Source of the DNA: a virus
Lineage: Duplodnaviria > Caudoviricetes
Strand: one strand, 5' to 3'
Virus record (IMG/VR): IMGVR_UViG_3300011339_000109
Span: 1 to 28,153 of that record
DNA length: 28,153 nt
Shown: piece after piece, positions 9,804 through 17,607 of the stretch
How positions within the stretch are numbered: the stretch's first letter is position 1
Layout of the letters: every line of letters starts with the position of its first letter
Translations under genes and position numbers: made by a program
The notes under the pieces: model-generated
Seen by the model: only the letters and a program-made list of their open reading frames with translations
Told to the model about the DNA's origin: nothing
The model's database searches: none

Positions 9804-10814
9804 ATGGCAACTACTGAAGAACTATTAGCCCGCAAGAAGTGGCTATCTAATAAGATTGCCTCTATTGCAAAGGTAGATATCACAGCAACTACTGCTGCAA
9901 AGCGCCTTGCTTCAATGGAAGAAACAAAGAAGTACCGTGCTGAACTCAATGATATCAATAAGCAACTAGCAGGTCAGCCAAAGACTCCACCTAAGAAGAC
10001 TAATGCTGCACCTCTGCCTACTCCAATAAAGATTGCAGAGAATGCTCCAGCATTTATAACAGAAGATATCGCTGCTGACCTAGCAGCACAGGGTATCGAT
10101 GTATCTTCAGCTGCTGCATTCCAGGCAGGTGGCGTAGGTTCAACAGCATTCGTATTCCTAGGCGAAACAACAGCCAAGCCAAGTGGATTAAAGTTTAAGG
10201 GTGGCAAGCCAGTATCTGCTGTCACTCCAACAACTAAACTTGCTAGCAATATGGTTAATGAGTTCTGGACCGATGAAGCATTACAGTCTAAAATTATTGG
10301 TTCATATGCCGCGAAGGGTCAATCACTCAGTAAGTTAGAAGCTTATGGCGTATGGGAGAAGTTGGTAAACACAGCAGCAGCCATCTACCAAGGTGGCAAG
10401 GGTGCTAAGGTAACTCCTATGGAGCTACTAAACGACACACTTAAGTCAGTCAAGGGAACAGAGCCAACACTTCCTACACGTTCTATCTCTAAGTTAGACA
10501 AGAAAACAACGATGGAACAGATTGACGCCTGGGCTCAGAAGAATCTTATGACTGCAATCTCTGACGTACAGAAGACAGAATTGTTTGACATCCTGAATAC
10601 AATGAATACAGGAACAGTTACTGAGTACAAGAAGGTACGCAATAAGAAGACAGGCAAGATGGAGAATGTTCAAGTAACAACTCCTGGCCTTACTGCTGAA
10701 AAGGCCCAGTTAACTGTAGAAGAAAAACTAAAGCAACTTAACCCAGACGATTATGACCGCGCACAGCGCATCAAGTTTTCTGATTGGCTATCACAGAATG
10801 TGGAAGGTGCGTAA
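9804..10814 (+). CDS. Hypothetical protein, probable internal virion protein
   Basis: 336-aa ORF starting 1 nt after the previous stop; coupled to the next gene by TAATG. Confidence 0.65.
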   Translation: MATTEELLARKKWLSNKIASIAKVDITATTAAKRLASMEETKKYRAELNDINKQLAGQPKTPPKKTNAAPLPTPIKIAENAPAFITEDIAADLAAQGIDVSSAAAFQAGGVGSTAFVFLGETTAKPSGLKFKGGKPVSAVTPTTKLASNMVNEFWTDEALQSKIIGSYAAKGQSLSKLEAYGVWEKLVNTAAAIYQGGKGAKVTPMELLNDTLKSVKGTEPTLPTRSISKLDKKTTMEQIDAWAQKNLMTAISDVQKTELFDILNTMNTGTVTEYKKVRNKKTGKMENVQVTTPGLTAEKAQLTVEEKLKQLNPDDYDRAQRIKFSDWLSQNVEGA

Positions 10815-11758
10815 TGGCAGCAGCAGATGCAGCAAATGAGGCAGCGTTAGCCGCTGCAGCAGCAGCGAAGAAAGCCGCAGAAGATGCCGCCGCAGCACAG
10901 GCTGGTATCAATGCCCAAACCGCAGCTTCTTATGGAATCAGCGAGGCATTATTTGCTGACCCAATCTATGGTGCTGAGATTAGAGCAATCTTTGACCTGT
11001 TCAAAGCCAACAAGCCAGGTCCTGCACTAGAGGCTTTATTCAAGAGTAAGTACTACACTCAGCTAAGTTCGACTGTACGTAACCGCATGAAGACCAAGGC
11101 TGAACAGCCAGGTCAATACACTGATGCACTTAATAAGTATAAGACTTCTGCACGTAAGCGTTTAGTAACCGCTGGTATCAAGATTGATATGACCGACTTC
11201 GATACTCTTGCTGCTACAGCATATGATAGAGGTCTTGACGATAATCAGTTTGACGAACTGCTTAAGTTCTCAGGCAAGATTACTGGGTACGGCGGAAACA
11301 TTCTTGGAGATACATCTGCTCTTAAGTCTTATGCCAACTCATTCGGTGTAGGTAACTATCTGGATAAGGCATACTGGGACCAGAAGTCTAACGACTTATT
11401 CTTGGGCATAACAACAACTGAAGATATTCAGGCAGAGATTCGCAAGACTGCAGCTAGCGCTTTCCCAGGATACGCGCAGCAAATTGAAAATGGCATCAGT
11501 GTTGACTCGATTGCCTCAGCATACAAGGGAGCAATGGCTACTATCCTAGAGCGTGACTCTGATTCAATTACGTTTAATGACCCAACACTTCGTGCTGCTT
11601 TGCAGTATGTAGGACCTGATGGCAAGCCTGCAGTAAAACCTTTATGGCAATTTGAAAAAGAATTGCGTAGCAAGCCTGAGTGGGAGTATACAAATAACGC
11701 ACGCGACAGCATTGATTCATTATCGCTCAAGGTTCTTAAGGATTGGGGACTAGCATAA
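10814..11758 (+). CDS. Hypothetical virion protein with Ala-rich N-terminus (start revised from 10784)
   Basis: ATG at 10814 overlaps the upstream TAA (TAATG); begins MAAADAANEAALAAAAAAKK. Confidence 0.7.
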   Translation: MAAADAANEAALAAAAAAKKAAEDAAAAQAGINAQTAASYGISEALFADPIYGAEIRAIFDLFKANKPGPALEALFKSKYYTQLSSTVRNRMKTKAEQPGQYTDALNKYKTSARKRLVTAGIKIDMTDFDTLAATAYDRGLDDNQFDELLKFSGKITGYGGNILGDTSALKSYANSFGVGNYLDKAYWDQKSNDLFLGITTTEDIQAEIRKTAASAFPGYAQQIENGISVDSIASAYKGAMATILERDSDSITFNDPTLRAALQYVGPDGKPAVKPLWQFEKELRSKPEWEYTNNARDSIDSLSLKVLKDWGLA

Positions 11759-13416
11759 TGGCACTATACACACCTGCACAATGGGCTAAGATACAGGCTG
11801 GAATGCCACCTGAGGACAAGATATCTTATGCAGATTATGTTCGTCAGTCTGGTGTCACACTAGAGCAACTCAAGACAGCAGAAGCCTCTGCAGCAACACC
11901 TGCCAAAGAATCAGTATCCGCAGTAGAAAGTGCCGCAGCGGTACGTGCAGCGGCGGCAGCTGCAAAGAAAATACAGGATGATGCTGCTGCAAAACTAGCA
12001 GCAGAAAATGCTTACTATACAAAGATTGTTTCTAATGGCAAGACTCAGGCGCAAATTGATGCACTTCAGAATGCTGTTAAAACTGCAACAGAGATTACTG
12101 GAGCATACAGCGGTATTGGCATTACATCAACAGTTGACCCTGTAACTGGCAAGGTTGTAACCACAAACAATACAGCCGCAAAGATTGCTGCAGATAAAGC
12201 AGCAGCCGACAAAGCAGCAGCCGACAAAGCAGCAGCTGAAGCGGAAAGAGATAGAATCGCTGCAGAAGCTGCAGCAGCAGCCGCAAAAACTGCAAAAGAA
12301 TTAGAAGAAGCAAAAGCCGCATTAATCGCCGCCAATAAAGCAGCAGCTGATGCTGCAGCAGCAGCAAAGGCTGCAGCAGATAAAGCACTAGCAGATGCTA
12401 TTGCAACGGGCGAAGCCAATGCTATAGCAGCAGCAAAAGCTGCAGCAGAAGCAGCAGCGGCAGAGGCAGCAGCAAAAGCTGCAAATAGCAATCTAAATGT
12501 TTCAGGCAACGTAGTTCTAGAGACTGCTGGTCAAACAACAGAAGACAAGGCTGCAACTGATTACGCGAAACTTTTAGCAGAGCAGCAGAAGACACAGCAA
12601 CGTGAGTCAATCATTGCTATCTTGACTGACCGATTCAATAAGTATAACTTAAGCTCTCTTGCAAAGACAATTAAAGACTTAGCCGTTGATGGTGCAACTG
12701 AGGCAACAATTACTCTTGCTCTTCAGGAGACGGAAGATTACAAGCGTCGTTTCAAGGCTAACGAAACACGAATGAAGAATGGTCTTCAAGTTCTAAATCC
12801 TGCAGAGTATCTTAACCTAGAAGATGGATACCGCCAGGTACTACGTGCATATGGACTTAAGCAGTTTGATACTGATGAGTACGTATCTCAGTTTATCGCA
12901 AACGATGTATCAGCTGCAGAGATGTCCAACCGCGTAGTTACTGCTGTTCAGCGTGTACAGAATGCTGACCCTGCAATTCAAAAGCAACTACGTGACTACT
13001 ATGGCATTGGCCAAGAAGACTTAGTTGCATATGTGCTTGACCCACAACAGCAGTTCCAGAAGATTGAACGCCAGGTTGCAGCATCAGAAATTGGTGTAGC
13101 AGCAGGACGCCAAGGACTCAAAGCTGGTGTTGGTGTTGCTGAGCAACTTGCAGCACAAGGTGTTACACAAGCCGAAGCACAGAAGGGTTATGCAACTATT
13201 GCTGATATCCTTCCTACCGCTGAGAAACTATCTAGTATCTATGGTAAGACAATGGATACATATGGTCAGTCAGAAGCTGAACAAGAAGTATTCAATAGCC
13301 TGGCTTCAGCACAGCGTAAGCGCCAGCAACTCACAGCACGTGAGATAGCAGCCTTTAGTGGCATGTCTGGTGCTAACCGCACAAGTCTTACGACATCAAG
13401 CGTAGGACAATTCTAG
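11758..13416 (+). CDS. Hypothetical virion protein with long Ala/Lys/Glu helical stalk (start revised from 11743)
   Basis: ATG at 11758 overlaps the upstream TAA; AAADK-type repeats followed by a globular-looking C-terminal region. Confidence 0.7.
   Translation: MALYTPAQWAKIQAGMPPEDKISYADYVRQSGVTLEQLKTAEASAATPAKESVSAVESAAAVRAAAAAAKKIQDDAAAKLAAENAYYTKIVSNGKTQAQIDALQNAVKTATEITGAYSGIGITSTVDPVTGKVVTTNNTAAKIAADKAAADKAAADKAAAEAERDRIAAEAAAAAAKTAKELEEAKAALIAANKAAADAAAAAKAAADKALADAIATGEANAIAAAKAAAEAAAAEAAAKAANSNLNVSGNVVLETAGQTTEDKAATDYAKLLAEQQKTQQRESIIAILTDRFNKYNLSSLAKTIKDLAVDGATEATITLALQETEDYKRRFKANETRMKNGLQVLNPAEYLNLEDGYRQVLRAYGLKQFDTDEYVSQFIANDVSAAEMSNRVVTAVQRVQNADPAIQKQLRDYYGIGQEDLVAYVLDPQQQFQKIERQVAASEIGVAAGRQGLKAGVGVAEQLAAQGVTQAEAQKGYATIADILPTAEKLSSIYGKTMDTYGQSEAEQEVFNSLASAQRKRQQLTAREIAAFSGMSGANRTSLTTSSVGQF
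12196..12236 (+). repeat. 15-bp in-frame tandem repeat (KAAAD), about 2.7 copies
   Basis: AAAGCAGCAGCCGAC twice, then AAAGCAGCAGC. Confidence 0.85.
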
Positions 13417-13420
13417 AATC

Positions 13421-13502
13421 CTGAACGGACCTATCGGCCCCGTCAGCGTATAAGACCGAGAGTAGGAGCCAGCCAGTTTCCCCGAACTGAACTGTGGCCT
13501 GC
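13421..13502 (+). ncRNA. Candidate structured RNA (hairpin, pseudoknot and second hairpin) upstream of the scaffold gene
   Basis: Manual pairing: 13421-28 with 13440-46; loop CTATCGG (13431-37) with CCGAGAG (13456-62), 6 of 7 pairs; long hairpin across 13462-13502. Confidence 0.45.
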
Positions 13503-13533
13503 GAACTAACAACGAATAGAAGGGTGGGTTGCT

Positions 13534-14004
13534 ATGAGCAACAACTACTGGGACGAAGAAGACGATGACCTCGATAACGACACTGAAACACAAATGGATG
13601 GCAGTGACTTACTTAAAAAGTTACGCAAAGCCAAGCGTGCGGACGAGAAACGTATTAAGGAACTCACTGAGCAACTTGAGACATTTACCAAGACGCAGCG
13701 TGAGCAAACAGTCAAATCAGTCTTAGAACAAAAGGGTGTAAACCAGAAAGCAGCACGTCTAATCCTTAAGGATTTAGATGGTGATTTCTCAGAAGATGCA
13801 GTTTCAAACTGGCTTAATGAGAACGGCGAGCTATTCGGTTTAGAAGTATCCGAGAAGCGTGACGAACAAAACCTTGCAGCACTACGCCAGCAAGACGTCA
13901 TGACATCGAAGGCTGTCACCCCAGACAGAGCACAGGACTTAGAACAGCGCATGGATAATGCAGGTTCTATGGAGGAACTCCTCACCCTGATGCAGTCACA
14001 ATAA
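13534..14004 (+). CDS. Capsid scaffolding protein
   Basis: Acidic N-terminus (DEEDDDLDND) followed by a coiled coil; directly upstream of the major capsid gene. Confidence 0.8.
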   Translation: MSNNYWDEEDDDLDNDTETQMDGSDLLKKLRKAKRADEKRIKELTEQLETFTKTQREQTVKSVLEQKGVNQKAARLILKDLDGDFSEDAVSNWLNENGELFGLEVSEKRDEQNLAALRQQDVMTSKAVTPDRAQDLEQRMDNAGSMEELLTLMQSQ

Positions 14005-14038
14005 CAATATCCGTTCATAGTCAAGGAGACTAAAAAAC

Positions 14039-15241
14039 ATGGCAAACGCATATACAGATACCTCGAGCACGTCGCTCGGAGGTTCAGTTGGCGGCGCTGG
14101 TCTCGTACAGAAGGCATATGACCGCCTTCTCGAGTTCGCTCTCCGTTCAGAACCCCTAATTCGTTCTGTCGCAGATAAGCGCCCAGCAAAGCAAGCAATC
14201 CCTGGTTCAACTGTAGTTCTACAGAAGTACGTTGACCTAGATACAAAGACATCTACTCTAACAGAGACAGTTGACCCAGATGCAGTAGCATTGTCAACAC
14301 CAACATCTGTTACAGTAACACTTAACGAGTACGGTAACGCTGTACTTGTAACACGCGCATTGGAACTCTTCTCTCTAGCAGATGTAGACCCAGCAATCGC
14401 AAACATCATCGCTTACAACCTAGCCGATTCTATCGACGTTGTAGCAATGAACACTCTACGCTCAGGTACAAACAACATCTTCGCAGGTAACGCAACAGCA
14501 GTTGCTAACGTAGATGCAGCAGACACAGTTGACTCAGCAGACATCCGTCGCGCTGTAGCAAAGTTGCGTGCTAACAAGGCTAAGGGCCGTCGCGGAAGTT
14601 CATACTGGGTTGGTATCCACCCAGAAGTTTCACACGACCTTCGTGCAGAGACAGGCGACCTTGGATGGCGCTACCCTCAGTCACAGTCTGCTTCAGAAGC
14701 AAGCAAGATTTGGGCAGGAGAAATCGGTGAGTACGAAGGCGCGTTCTTCGTAGAGTCATCACGTCTATACAATGCTAAGACAGGTGCAGACCAGTCAACA
14801 CTAGCAACAACAGCAGTAACATCAGCAGGAGTTTCAGCCGCATTCACATTCGGCGTTGCTTCATCTGCAGTTATCGCAACACGCGCTGAGGTTGGCGATA
14901 AGATTTCAGGAACAGGCGTAGGAACATCTGCGAAGATTACTGCAATCTCAACATCAGGCTCAACAACAACATTCACTGTAGACGTTGCTAACTCAGCAGC
15001 AGTTACAGTTGGAACTGTTCTTACAGTAACACCAGTAACACGTGTATACAACACAATCGTTGCAGGTTCACAAGCAATGGCAGAAGCCGTAGCAGAAGAG
15101 CCACACGTAGTTATCGGTAACGTAACTGATAAGTTGATGCGTTTCCGCCCAATGGGTTGGTACGGCGTACTTGGCTTTGCAGTTTACCGTGATGAGGCAC
15201 TATACCGCATCACATCAGGTTCATCAATCGCTGCTCTCTAG
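14039..15241 (+). CDS. Major capsid protein (HK97 fold, N4-gp56-like family)
   Basis: Follows the scaffold, RBS AAGGAG, strongly biased codon usage. Motifs VTLNEYGN, IHPEVSHDLR, GEIGEYEG and DKLMRFRPMGWYG are typical of this capsid group. Confidence 0.9.
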   Translation: MANAYTDTSSTSLGGSVGGAGLVQKAYDRLLEFALRSEPLIRSVADKRPAKQAIPGSTVVLQKYVDLDTKTSTLTETVDPDAVALSTPTSVTVTLNEYGNAVLVTRALELFSLADVDPAIANIIAYNLADSIDVVAMNTLRSGTNNIFAGNATAVANVDAADTVDSADIRRAVAKLRANKAKGRRGSSYWVGIHPEVSHDLRAETGDLGWRYPQSQSASEASKIWAGEIGEYEGAFFVESSRLYNAKTGADQSTLATTAVTSAGVSAAFTFGVASSAVIATRAEVGDKISGTGVGTSAKITAISTSGSTTTFTVDVANSAAVTVGTVLTVTPVTRVYNTIVAGSQAMAEAVAEEPHVVIGNVTDKLMRFRPMGWYGVLGFAVYRDEALYRITSGSSIAAL

Positions 15242-15250
15242 TAGTTAATT

Positions 15251-15288
15251 GACTGCTGGACAGGGGAAACCCTGTCTGGTGGTGAGTC
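15251..15288 (+). terminator. GNRA-capped stem-loop after the capsid gene (partial terminator or mRNA stabiliser)
   Basis: GCTGGACAGGG-GAAA-CCCTGTCTGGT, extended by GACT/AGTC; no U-tract. Confidence 0.6.
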
Positions 15289-15304
15289 CACTAAAGGAGG
15301 AGTC

Positions 15305-15574
15305 ATGACAGATTACATCTTCGAGACACCAACTGTCGATGAAGGATTTGAAGGAGTTCAGCGACTCTTTACATTTTACAAGTTAACACGCGGTATAAGT
15401 GTCATCAAAGTCAATGGAGTTTATCGTCAAGTGCGATATCCACTAGATTCTGACCTAGAAACATACCAGGAAGTATACCTTGGTGGAAGCAAGTACACAG
15501 TAGATGAGGCAACTCGAGAGGCACTTATCAACGGAAACGTTGGAGTGACTACCGCTAACTTTACAGCAATATAG
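15305..15574 (+). CDS. Hypothetical protein (89 aa)
   Basis: Strong RBS AAGGAGG; directly after the capsid gene. Confidence 0.8.
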   Translation: MTDYIFETPTVDEGFEGVQRLFTFYKLTRGISVIKVNGVYRQVRYPLDSDLETYQEVYLGGSKYTVDEATREALINGNVGVTTANFTAI

Positions 15575-15581
15575 GGGATAT

Positions 15582-16028
15582 ATGGGACACGAACACGCAA
15601 GCAAAGTTCTTGAATGGGCATACAAGTTAGTTGATGGAGATATGATTCCATACTCCGCACTATACGGATGTGTCTATTGTGATGCTACATCAACTGAACC
15701 TTTTCCTGATGAAAATGATATCTTTATAGACCACACTACATGTGGTCCTGATTGCTTTGGATGCAAGGCTAGAGGACTCCAGATGAATACTGGAGATGCC
15801 AATAGCCAGCGTAATGCACCACGCAAGCGTTTTGAAAATGAACTATCTGCATATGCTAACGCTAAGTCACAGGGAATTAAACCTGGTGGGACTTCAATGG
15901 AAAAGATTCGTGAGGCAGAAAGAGCCTCCGAAGTATTGAATAAGCCTTATGATGCTAATTCAATGCCAGATGCAAAACACATAAATCAATCAACCGCAGC
16001 GGTAATGAAAGAGATAGGACAAGTATAA
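15582..16028 (+). CDS. Hypothetical Cys/His-rich, probably Zn-binding protein
   Basis: Contains HEH, CVYC and HTTCGPDCFGC motifs. Confidence 0.7.
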   Translation: MGHEHASKVLEWAYKLVDGDMIPYSALYGCVYCDATSTEPFPDENDIFIDHTTCGPDCFGCKARGLQMNTGDANSQRNAPRKRFENELSAYANAKSQGIKPGGTSMEKIREAERASEVLNKPYDANSMPDAKHINQSTAAVMKEIGQV

Positions 16029-16201
16029 TGTCAGCAAAAGGTGAGAAGTACAAGTCAATGGCAGCCATGAAGATGCACGAAAAGGGCGAAGGCAAGAAGG
16101 AACGTATGATGGAATACGGACCAAAGAAAGCCGCTAAGAAGGTTGCTAAGAAGTCTGTCGCCAAGAAGATGGTTATGAAAAAGATGGGCAAGAAGAAGTA
16201 A
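16028..16201 (+). CDS. 57-aa Lys/Met-rich basic protein (absent from ORF track)
   Basis: Translated by hand: MSAKGEKYKSMAAMKMHEKGEGKKERMMEYGPKKAAKKVAKKSVAKKMVMKKMGKKK; TAATG overlaps at both ends. Confidence 0.85.
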   Translation: MSAKGEKYKSMAAMKMHEKGEGKKERMMEYGPKKAAKKVAKKSVAKKMVMKKMGKKK

Positions 16202-16266
16202 TGCCAGTCCGTAAGCCAGGTAAGTGCCGTAAGTGTGGCAAGTCAGTTAAAGCGTGTAAGTGCTGA
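16201..16266 (+). CDS. 21-aa Cys/Lys micropeptide (absent from ORF track)
   Basis: MPVRKPGKCRKCGKSVKACKC; exactly fills the gap, with TAATG upstream and TGATG downstream. Confidence 0.7.
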   Translation: MPVRKPGKCRKCGKSVKACKC

Positions 16267-16487
16267 TGGCCTCACCAAAGCCAAAAGCTTCTCCTAGCCC
16301 ACAGGCTACCAAGAAGTCTCAAGTTGTTGTAACTACTGGACAGGGTTCAACAATCCGTATGGGTGACCTAGGAAAGAAATCTCCTACACCTACAGCGCCA
16401 GCAAGAATTGGCGTAATGAAAGATTATACACCAGCAGAGTATGATGCATTGCTAAAAAAGTGGCTGAAAGATAATAGGAACCGATGA
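16266..16487 (+). CDS. Small basic Pro/Ser/Thr-rich protein (start revised from 16260)
   Basis: ATG overlaps the upstream TGA; ATGA overlap with the next gene. Confidence 0.7.
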   Translation: MASPKPKASPSPQATKKSQVVVTTGQGSTIRMGDLGKKSPTPTAPARIGVMKDYTPAEYDALLKKWLKDNRNR

Positions 16488-16669
16488 AGAATAAAGTTCA
16501 GAAAGTTATGGGCGAGTTTAAGCGTGGGACTCTACATGCAGGGGTAAATCCTAAGGGTTCTAAGAAGGCGCCTATTGTTAAATCTCGTAAGCAAGCTATT
16601 GCAATTGCTCTGTCTGAGGCAGGCAAGTCAAAGCCAAAAAAGACTGTTAAGAAAGCGAAGAAAAAGTAA
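16484..16669 (+). CDS. Small basic protein, DUF6496-like
   Basis: Motif KVMGEFKRGTLH...VKSRKQAIAIALSEA; family recalled from memory. Confidence 0.7.
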   Translation: MKNKVQKVMGEFKRGTLHAGVNPKGSKKAPIVKSRKQAIAIALSEAGKSKPKKTVKKAKKK

Positions 16670-16923
16670 TGGACCCAAGACTAAAGCGAGCAGGAGTATC
16701 AGGCTTTAACAAGCCTAAGCGTACACCAAATCACCCAAAGAAGTCACACGTTGTTGTGGCTAAAGAAGGAGACAAGGTCAAGACTATTCGCTTTGGTCAA
16801 CAGGGCGTTACTGGTGATAGGCAGCCTACTGCCCGCCAGAAGTCTTTCAAGGCACGTCATGCAAAGAACATTGCTAAAGGCAAGATGAGTGCAGCATACT
16901 GGGCGGACAAAGTTAAATGGTAG
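16669..16923 (+). CDS. Small basic conserved phage protein
   Basis: Motif IRFGQQG...RQKSFKARH...SAAYWADKVKW; TAATG coupled. Confidence 0.75.
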   Translation: MDPRLKRAGVSGFNKPKRTPNHPKKSHVVVAKEGDKVKTIRFGQQGVTGDRQPTARQKSFKARHAKNIAKGKMSAAYWADKVKW

Positions 16924-17105
16924 CAAAGAAGAAGACTAAGTCTAAAGTCAATGCTGCTGGTAACTATACTAAGCCCGCTATGCGTGCCTCATTGTTTAAA
17001 AAGATTAAGGCTGGCTCTAAGGGTGGAGACCCTGGTGAATGGTCAGCTCGTAAGGCACAATTGCTTGCCGTAGAATATAAGAAGGCAGGCGGAGGTTACA
17101 AGTAA
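16917..17105 (+). CDS. Small basic protein, N-terminal half of a DUF5872-like protein
   Basis: Motif NYTKP...KGGDPGEWSARKAQLLAVEYKKAGGGY. Confidence 0.7.
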   Translation: MVAKKKTKSKVNAAGNYTKPAMRASLFKKIKAGSKGGDPGEWSARKAQLLAVEYKKAGGGYK

Positions 17106-17341
17106 TGGCACTTGCTAAATCTCAGAAGTCCCTGAAGAAGTGGACTAAAGAAAAGTGGAAGACTTCTGATGGTACTCCATCAAAGGGTAAGAAAAGATAT
17201 TTGCCTGAGAAGGCATGGGCTGCTTTAAGCCCAGCAGAAAAAGCTGCTACCAATAAGGCTAAAGCCGCTGGCAATGCCAAGGGTAAGCAGTTTGTAAAGC
17301 AACCAAAAACAATAGCAAAGAAGGCAGCGAGGTTTAGATAA
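17105..17341 (+). CDS. Small basic protein, C-terminal half of a DUF5872-like protein
   Basis: Motif SQKSLKKWTKEKW...RYLPEKAWAALS...GKQFV; TAATG overlaps at both ends. Confidence 0.7.
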   Translation: MALAKSQKSLKKWTKEKWKTSDGTPSKGKKRYLPEKAWAALSPAEKAATNKAKAAGNAKGKQFVKQPKTIAKKAARFR

Positions 17342-17607
17342 TGGCAGGTACAGCAGGTAGTACATTTGCTGACGAACTCAATCGTCTAGCCAATGGCGGT
17401 ACATATCCAGCACCTACAGAATACAAGTCTGAGCAGGGCGCAGCTAATGCTTATGCTTCAACTAGTGGCCTTGGTATTATTGCTGCCCTAAACATTAAGG
17501 CTAGCGCTTCGCGCCAACCTAATGAATACAAGATGCTCAATGCAATCTGTAATGAACTAGCAGGAACTACTGGACTATCAGCCGTTGACGCATTGAGGAC
17601 TATCTAA
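17341..17607 (+). CDS. Hypothetical protein (88 aa, Ala/Gly-rich)
   Basis: TAATG overlaps at both ends. Confidence 0.75.
   Translation: MAGTAGSTFADELNRLANGGTYPAPTEYKSEQGAANAYASTSGLGIIAALNIKASASRQPNEYKMLNAICNELAGTTGLSAVDALRTI

Noticed and set aside
13417-13533. HDV-like, pistol or hammerhead ribozyme, or tRNA
   Set aside because: A GCGAA follows the last hairpin, but I found no P2/P3/P1.1 partners, no CUGANGA/GAAA core and no cloverleaf; left as an unassigned structure.
13545-14252. 235-aa minus-strand ORF and the other antisense or alternate-frame ORFs in the track
   Set aside because: They overlap well-supported + strand genes, lack recognisable motifs, and are expected shadows of biased codon use.
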